Origin: Bacillus phage PBS1
DNA length: 32,000 nucleotides
Reading direction: 5' to 3' (one strand)
Sequence record: NC_043027.1
The notes under the pieces: generated by a model
Database searches by the model: none
Told to the model about the DNA's origin: nothing
Seen by the model: only the letters and a program-made list of their open reading frames with translations
Part shown: one piece after another, positions 26,188 through 32,000 of the stretch
Position numbering within the stretch: the stretch's first letter is position 1
How the letters are laid out: each line of letters opens with the position of its first letter
Position numbers and translations under genes: made by a program

Positions 26188-26213
26188 GTTACTACTATTA
26201 TAATAGTAGTAGC
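26188..26213 (+). promoter_or_regulatory. Hairpin between Shine-Dalgarno and probable start codon
   Basis: GTTACTACTATTATAATAGTAGTAGC, near-perfect 26-nt inverted repeat between GGAGGAA (26181-26187) and ATG 26223. Confidence 0.7.
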
Positions 26214-26222
26214 AAAAATAAT

Positions 26223-27266
26223 ATGGCTTTAGTAGATTACAATCTTAGAAGCAATGATAAGTTCTACTACACAGAGGGTTCTACTTCTGTCGGTGATCTT
26301 ATTAAAAATGTAGCCAATGAATTTGTTACAAAAGCTGGAACTGAGTATGCATGGACATTAGAATCACCATCAGCTATTTCTAATGTCACAAATAAGGTAA
26401 TCCTATCTACAACAACTTCATTTGGAAAAACTTTCTATTTAAAAATCTTTAGACCAGAGACTACAGATGCAAATAATGTAGTTTCAGTTCCACTTACTTA
26501 TGTAAATATGGCAATCGGCACAGAATTTAATGCTGAAACTGAGGATTTAGTAGAAGGTAAGGTATCACCAGTAACTAAATTATCTTGGTATAAAGATGAT
26601 ATTGATCCAAGTATCAAATCATGGCTACCAGTTTCATATTGGATGAATATTACAAAAGATGCAGTTAACCTTGTATTCCGTGGAGATCCATCTGCTGATA
26701 ATTATCCATATAAAAAATTCTTGGTAGGCTATGCATATATTGGTGCAGTTACACCATTAGAAGATGGTCAATCACCAGATGTAGAATATAACTTTGGTAT
26801 TACTACTTCTTCTGCAAGCGAACCAGTAATGAGCAATGCTTATGGACCAAGAACTGGTACAGGAATCACTGATATCTTGATGGTAGCAAACAAAATTGGT
26901 ATGCCATATCAGCCGCACTATCCATCATTCTATGGTTCTAATCAGTTTATGGATAAGATGAATATTGAGGGTTCACGTTGGAACAACCAAAAACATCAAT
27001 TTTCAGATATTACTGTTACTCACTCTATTGATATGGAACGTGGTAAAATGCAGAATATCCTAGTTGGTGATAATTCAGCTCTTTATGATAATGATAAACT
27101 TGTATACAAAGAAGGTACTACAGAACAATTAACTTATAAGAAATTCCAGATTTCCGCACCTTATAGTTTCCTAAACAATAGTTCTAATACACAATATTGT
27201 ATTGCGATTAGATGCTATAATCCAGATGGTATTTCAAAAGTTGAAGATGGTACTACTGCTAGCTAA
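26223..27266 (+). CDS. Putative major structural protein (capsid/tail type unknown)
   Basis: 347 aa from MALVDYNLRSNDKFYYTEGS..., high predicted solubility, Tyr/Asn/Gly-rich with few Lys/Ile runs, in a late block. ORF track start is 26175, but the structured 5' region favours 26223. Confidence 0.65.
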   Translation: MALVDYNLRSNDKFYYTEGSTSVGDLIKNVANEFVTKAGTEYAWTLESPSAISNVTNKVILSTTTSFGKTFYLKIFRPETTDANNVVSVPLTYVNMAIGTEFNAETEDLVEGKVSPVTKLSWYKDDIDPSIKSWLPVSYWMNITKDAVNLVFRGDPSADNYPYKKFLVGYAYIGAVTPLEDGQSPDVEYNFGITTSSASEPVMSNAYGPRTGTGITDILMVANKIGMPYQPHYPSFYGSNQFMDKMNIEGSRWNNQKHQFSDITVTHSIDMERGKMQNILVGDNSALYDNDKLVYKEGTTEQLTYKKFQISAPYSFLNNSSNTQYCIAIRCYNPDGISKVEDGTTAS

Positions 27267-27290
27267 TTAACAAGGGAGAGGATGTAGACT

Positions 27291-29870
27291 ATGTTTTTGC
27301 AAAGATTTTCATTTAAAACTGGTCTACCTCTATTTGCCCATAGATTTCGTTATACATTTAAAGCTTATTTAATTAATGGCTCATCAGTTTTTTTAAAAAT
27401 TGATGAGTCTCCTAAAAAAATAGTTAAAAATAAAAATTTATCTATTCTTAAGTCAATTCATAATCTCTATTTAAATAAAAAAGAGGTTTTATTAGATTTT
27501 TTTGTTAAAGAATTAGATAAAACAGCAAAGTCTACTAAAAAATTAACCGTACCTAATAAATTAATAGACAAAAAAATTGATAAATATACAGTAGAAATTC
27601 TTAATAAAAGGATTTATACTGTAGAAAAAAATAACTTAAATGTATATAAAACGAATTCTTTACTGGACTATATAGAGATGGATAAAAATAAATTAAGAAA
27701 AACATCTCATAACATTAGTACCATTAATAGTATAAACATTAATGGTATTACATATGAGATATATATTCCAAATAATAATTTAACAGTTTCTTCTGATAAA
27801 AGAGAAATAACTTATAATACAATTAGTACTTTATTAGAGACTAAGTATAGATTTGTTGGCAAAGAGGGAAATTACTTTCAGATTAGCAATGAATCCATGA
27901 AGGAATTAAATCTTGAGAGTGATTTAATTGAATTAAATAGAAATAACAAAAGTCATATTAATGTATATAATACTATTAATACTTTTGTAAAGAATAACTA
28001 TAAATTAGATTTAGCAACTTTATCTATTAAATTAGGAAATGAAAATGTTAGATCTATTAATATAAATAATATTATATATGATATTTATAAAAATTCATTG
28101 CATCAGATCAAAAAAGATACTCAAAAAGTTCATCATTTAGATACAATTGTTATAAAGGATATTAATAAGAATTCTGATACTCTTGGATTAGTTAAGAGAG
28201 TTATTAGAAGTGGAAATAATATTAATACTGTTAACACTCTTAGTAAAGATGGGGATAAAAATATCTCTAAATTACTTAGTGGGTGGAAGTTTATTAGAAA
28301 GGAACCTACTTGGGAAATAAGTAAACCTAGTAATAGTTTTAATATAAATAAAGATACAATTAAAGATATAACTTCAAATAATGAAAAAGTATATTTTAAA
28401 AAGACAACTATGATGGATACATCTTTTAAGTTTCTAGTCTATTCATTGTTAGATATTTCAAAAGTGAATATTGATTATAATACTAAGATTTCTTTTTTAC
28501 AGTCAATCTCAAGAAAGGATTTATCATTAGTTAGGAATGATTATTACTTACATCCAATTAATGAAAAAGATATTTTTAATTTCACTTTCATTGATTATCT
28601 TGAAAAAATAAATAAACAAAATTTATTTATTGATGTAAATGATAACTTCTTAATAAATAATAGTTCCAAATCAGTTACAGCGACAAGTAATAATCAATAT
28701 TTATTTAAATCAAATCTTAAGAATATTATTAATGACTCAAATTTATCCAAGTACTATAGCCCTAATACAGTAAAGGATATAAATAAAATTAATAAAACTT
28801 TTGATTTGGATAAGCATTATAAATACATGAGTAATCCTATCCATAAAGATTTTAATTTGAATATAAAACAACCAGAGGGTTTATTTGAAACACTATCTAA
28901 TTATTATTTGAATATTGATAATGGAGATAATTTTATTTTTATTCCTAATAGTGAGTTCCTGAGTAATTTTGAAAATAAAATTATTAGTGTAAATTATAAT
29001 AATTATAATTTATTTAAAAGTGAATTACCAAATATTACAAATAATTATAATTATTCATTAGATAAATTAAACTATATTAAGATAGATAAAAGAAAATTTA
29101 TATCAGTCAAAGATATTTTAAATCCCAATATTGATATAAATATTGTCAAAAAACAACTAAAACTAGTCGAAGGTAAGAGATTAGATAAGTTTAAGTATAT
29201 TGATTCAGTAAATTTTCTTACATTAAATAAACGCTGGTGGTTTATAAAGCCAACTAATCCAAAAACAAGAATCAATATTCCATCTATTGACTATCCTTAT
29301 GAAAATAAACCAGTAATGGATATGAAGGAACATCCTATTCAAGCATTTAAAGATTTAGGTACTAATGATATTGATGTCAGTATTGAGATTTTACTTGAAT
29401 TGGTTAATATTGTTATGCATTGGTGGCATCATTCTTACAATGAACTCTATAGAGGACTAGGTGACGAATCTATTATTGGCATTATGAATGTATTAAATGA
29501 GTGGTGGAATTTAGAATCTTCCCAAAATCAAGTTAATGATGATAAAACTAATAAAGAATACGAACGAGTTTTTAGATGGATTAGATGGGAAGCTGAGAAA
29601 ATATACTTTGATTTCAAGAAAGACTACCAAAACAATTTAATATATAACGGTAATCATTATATGGAGATATTTACCAAAAATCTTTTAGAATATATTGAAT
29701 TTCACCACTATATGATTGTACCTCTCTATAAATCTTTAGACCGAATGGATATTATGAGAGCAATTATGGATGATGATCCACAGGGAGATATCATGATAGA
29801 ACTCCCTGACAAAAATAAAGGTGAAAGAGATTATATCATCGACTCTGAAGATAATAATTATCTCTTATAA
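27291..29870 (+). CDS. Large hypothetical virion-associated protein
   Basis: 859 aa; repetitive Asn/Ile/Lys-rich central region and distinct Trp-rich C-terminal domain (MHWWHHSYNELYRGLGDESIIGIMNVLNEWWNLE...). RBS GGGAGAGG. Confidence 0.6.
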   Translation: MFLQRFSFKTGLPLFAHRFRYTFKAYLINGSSVFLKIDESPKKIVKNKNLSILKSIHNLYLNKKEVLLDFFVKELDKTAKSTKKLTVPNKLIDKKIDKYTVEILNKRIYTVEKNNLNVYKTNSLLDYIEMDKNKLRKTSHNISTINSININGITYEIYIPNNNLTVSSDKREITYNTISTLLETKYRFVGKEGNYFQISNESMKELNLESDLIELNRNNKSHINVYNTINTFVKNNYKLDLATLSIKLGNENVRSININNIIYDIYKNSLHQIKKDTQKVHHLDTIVIKDINKNSDTLGLVKRVIRSGNNINTVNTLSKDGDKNISKLLSGWKFIRKEPTWEISKPSNSFNINKDTIKDITSNNEKVYFKKTTMMDTSFKFLVYSLLDISKVNIDYNTKISFLQSISRKDLSLVRNDYYLHPINEKDIFNFTFIDYLEKINKQNLFIDVNDNFLINNSSKSVTATSNNQYLFKSNLKNIINDSNLSKYYSPNTVKDINKINKTFDLDKHYKYMSNPIHKDFNLNIKQPEGLFETLSNYYLNIDNGDNFIFIPNSEFLSNFENKIISVNYNNYNLFKSELPNITNNYNYSLDKLNYIKIDKRKFISVKDILNPNIDINIVKKQLKLVEGKRLDKFKYIDSVNFLTLNKRWWFIKPTNPKTRINIPSIDYPYENKPVMDMKEHPIQAFKDLGTNDIDVSIEILLELVNIVMHWWHHSYNELYRGLGDESIIGIMNVLNEWWNLESSQNQVNDDKTNKEYERVFRWIRWEAEKIYFDFKKDYQNNLIYNGNHYMEIFTKNLLEYIEFHHYMIVPLYKSLDRMDIMRAIMDDDPQGDIMIELPDKNKGERDYIIDSEDNNYLL

Positions 29871-29887
29871 ATTAAGGAGGAAAAAAT

Positions 29888-30163
29888 ATGGCAACAACTA
29901 CTGGTCCAACTTATAATTCTGTAGGAAGTACTAGTTCTTCTTTTAAACAACCTAGACAAAAAATGTGGGGAGTTTTTAGTCGTCCAAATTCACAGGACGG
30001 AGCAAAATATTGGGAATTGACTTTGCTGACCAACAGTCTTCAAGAAGCTAAAGAAAAAGTTAATGATTGGTTAAAAAATCCGCCAACTGGTCAATATGCT
30101 CAAGCTGGATTGAATAACATCATTCTTTGTGAAGTTGTTCCTGTTGATATGGAAGTAATTTAA
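29888..30163 (+). CDS. Small virion-like protein, paralog family D member 1
   Basis: SSSFKQPRQKMWGVF...WELTLLTNSLQEAKEKVNDWLKNPPTG.YAQAGLNNIILCEVVP. Confidence 0.7.
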   Translation: MATTTGPTYNSVGSTSSSFKQPRQKMWGVFSRPNSQDGAKYWELTLLTNSLQEAKEKVNDWLKNPPTGQYAQAGLNNIILCEVVPVDMEVI

Positions 30164-30184
30164 CTTTAATAGGAGGAATTTAGT

Positions 30185-30784
30185 ATGGGTAGATTTGATC
30201 CAGTTGCATATAAATCACTAGCTAATGAAGATAATACATTTAATAAATTACGTCAAAAGACATGGGGAGTCTTTATTGTTAGTGAATATAAAGAAACAGA
30301 TGGAGAACCTGTTCCAGTTAATGCATCTTCAATGAAAGAAGACTATACATTATTTGGAATTGAGAGTTCAAATTTGGCAAAAAAAGATTATTCTATTAAG
30401 GATTATGATCCAAATGCGATTATTCCAAAAACTGGTCCAGAAGGTGAAGAAATTAAAACAATTCTTAATGTTTCTATTCTTAAAGATGGAGCAACCAAAC
30501 TAGGAACTAAAAGAATTCTTGATGGTTCAATTTTTAGAGATAATCAACCTTATTATGCTGATAGTGATCTATTGTATGATAATGTTAAAATCTATTACTA
30601 CTATTCAAAGGTAAAAGATTATTCATGGAATCTCGTATTACTAACAAAAAGTCTTCAAGAAGCCAAAGATAAAGTGAATGATTGGTTGCGTTTACCTGAG
30701 ATTGGTAGCAATTATCCATTAGCTGGTATAAACAGCATAATGATTACAGAAATAGTACCTTCTGATAGTATAATTGAATTATAG
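30185..30784 (+). CDS. Paralog family D member 2, with central insertion of about 100 aa
   Basis: NTFNKLRQKTWGVFIVSEY ... WNLVLLTKSLQEAKDKVNDWLRLPEIGSNYPLAGINSIMITEIVP. Confidence 0.7.
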   Translation: MGRFDPVAYKSLANEDNTFNKLRQKTWGVFIVSEYKETDGEPVPVNASSMKEDYTLFGIESSNLAKKDYSIKDYDPNAIIPKTGPEGEEIKTILNVSILKDGATKLGTKRILDGSIFRDNQPYYADSDLLYDNVKIYYYYSKVKDYSWNLVLLTKSLQEAKDKVNDWLRLPEIGSNYPLAGINSIMITEIVPSDSIIEL

Positions 30785-30798
30785 GGAGGGATATATAA

Positions 30799-31068
30799 AT
30801 GGAATATTCTACAGTTGAATATAATGCTGTTTCAACAAGTAATAGTATTTTTAAACAACCTAGACAAAAAATGTGGGGAGTTTTTGTTGCAGTCAGTAAG
30901 AATGGTAATATTAATAAATGGAAACTAATTTATTTAAATAATGATTTTGATGGTGCAAAAGAAATCTTTAATGATTGGTTGCAAAATCCAAAAGATCCGA
31001 AACTTGCGGGTATGGACAATATTATTATGACAGAAGTTCTTCCTGCTAATAGCTCTACGAGAAACTAA
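30799..31068 (+). CDS. Small virion-like protein, paralog family D member 3
   Basis: NSIFKQPRQKMWGVFVA...WKLIYLNNDFDGAKEIFNDWLQNPKDPKLAGMDNIIMTEVLP. Confidence 0.7.
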   Translation: MEYSTVEYNAVSTSNSIFKQPRQKMWGVFVAVSKNGNINKWKLIYLNNDFDGAKEIFNDWLQNPKDPKLAGMDNIIMTEVLPANSSTRN

Positions 31069-31110
31069 AAATGAATGTAATGGGGTATTTCCCATTACAT
31101 TCATTTAATT
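31069..31110 (+). terminator. Rho-independent terminator-like hairpin
   Basis: AAATGAATGTAATGGG-GTATTT-CCCATTACATTCATTT, 16-bp stem. Confidence 0.8.
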
Positions 31111-31132
31111 AAAGAAAGGAGTATTGTTATTT

Positions 31133-32000
31133 ATGAATCTTTTAAAGGTAAGAGATGGTAGATTGGAATTAGATAATTTCTATACTAACAGTGACTTTGC
31201 TGATTTTTTAAATAAGGGTGGCACTCATAAGGATTTTGATGATAATTCTCTGTATATTGATACTAATGAAAGAATTGAAAGAACCCTAAATTATAATAAT
31301 TTTCTTATTGAAATTAAAAAAGAAAATTGGGAAGAATTAAATGATGATGAGAAATTTACATTTTATGTCGGTGATTCAGTAAATGAATATGGAATAAGTG
31401 AAGACAAGGATGAACCCATTCAAAAACAATTTCAGAAGATCATTTATTCTGAGGGTTATGTTCAATGTTATGTATCAGATGATGGTAAATCATGGCAGAA
31501 TCTAGGAGGTGTCAGTACTTTAGGTGAAAATATTATTAAACAGGGGTTTCAAAAAATAAGTACAAAAAGCGCAAAATTAATACATTATGCAGTCTATACT
31601 GATCCATTTTTAACTATTCAAAATTTTCCTGAAGGATACAGTGCTAAATTGTTTGATGAAACTAATACTTTAATTAAGGAAAGATTGTTTGATCTAAATA
31701 ATGAAGCTAGAATATTTTTAGATTACAATATCAATGGGTATCTAGCAATATATGACTTAGAGGGTAATGAAGTAATAAGAACTGATCAAATGAATTTTTC
31801 ATATGGAAATACATTTGTAGCTTGTGACTATAAGTTAGAAATGATTTACAAAGATCAAGTACTTCCAAATGAAGAAGTGACTGAAATTGATACTTACGGC
31901 TCTCCTCAATTAGTTACATTAAAGAATATTTCAGATAACCAGACATATAATAATTTAACTCTAACAACCGAAACACTTAGTGATGATTTGATTGAATTAA
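31133..32000 (+). CDS. Hypothetical (putative structural) protein, truncated at window end
   Basis: ATG at 31133 after AAGAAAGGAG; MNLLKVRDGRLELDNFYTNSDFADFLNKGG... open to the end of the window. Absent from the ORF track, probably because it has no stop within the window. Confidence 0.7.
   Translation, partial: MNLLKVRDGRLELDNFYTNSDFADFLNKGGTHKDFDDNSLYIDTNERIERTLNYNNFLIEIKKENWEELNDDEKFTFYVGDSVNEYGISEDKDEPIQKQFQKIIYSEGYVQCYVSDDGKSWQNLGGVSTLGENIIKQGFQKISTKSAKLIHYAVYTDPFLTIQNFPEGYSAKLFDETNTLIKERLFDLNNEARIFLDYNINGYLAIYDLEGNEVIRTDQMNFSYGNTFVACDYKLEMIYKDQVLPNEEVTEIDTYGSPQLVTLKNISDNQTYNNLTLTTETLSDDLIEL

Noticed and set aside
29072-29275. Minus-strand 67-aa ORF
   Set aside because: Antisense inside the 859-aa ORF, no independent support.
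1-32000. CRISPR array, rRNA or tRNA genes
   Set aside because: No regularly spaced direct repeats and no recognisable tRNA cloverleaf or rRNA core sequence were seen by eye. A tRNAscan-SE/CRISPRCasFinder run would be decisive.

Overview
AT-rich, densely packed, mostly plus-strand 32 kb segment that reads as part of a large phage genome, probably of a Firmicute host. Evidence: strong AGGAGG-type ribosome binding sites, type II topoisomerase genes, peptidoglycan hydrolase and LysM proteins, and a late block of virion-like paralogs. It starts in the C-terminus of a GyrB/ParE-like subunit. It then carries a glucosaminidase-like protein, a repeated-HTH protein, a MoxR AAA+ ATPase with a metallopeptidase/VWA partner, and a tandem family of unknown proteins. 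Next come a second tandem family with DnaJ-type Cys-rich repeats and a GyrA/ParC-like gene. A minus-strand HNH protein and a minus-strand M48-like HEFGH metalloprotease interrupt the plus-strand run. The 3' third (about 23.6 to 32 kb) holds putative structural genes, several as tandem paralogs. Main points of interest: (1) the GyrA-like gene is interrupted by two closely related ORF-less group I introns (about 354 and 358 nt) flanking a 96-nt exon at the DNA-gate region, with compensatory base changes between copies; (2) eight consecutive reading frames at 5-11.7 kb, including tiny ones, share a C-terminal peptide motif next to the MoxR/VWA pair; (3) a 13-bp hairpin lies between a perfect Shine-Dalgarno and the likely start codon of the 26.2 kb structural gene, and may bring the SD to 9 nt spacing; (4) a recurring TATATATTAT-N4/5-TGATA motif at near-constant distance upstream of several genes. 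All calls come from reading the sequence; no database search was run.
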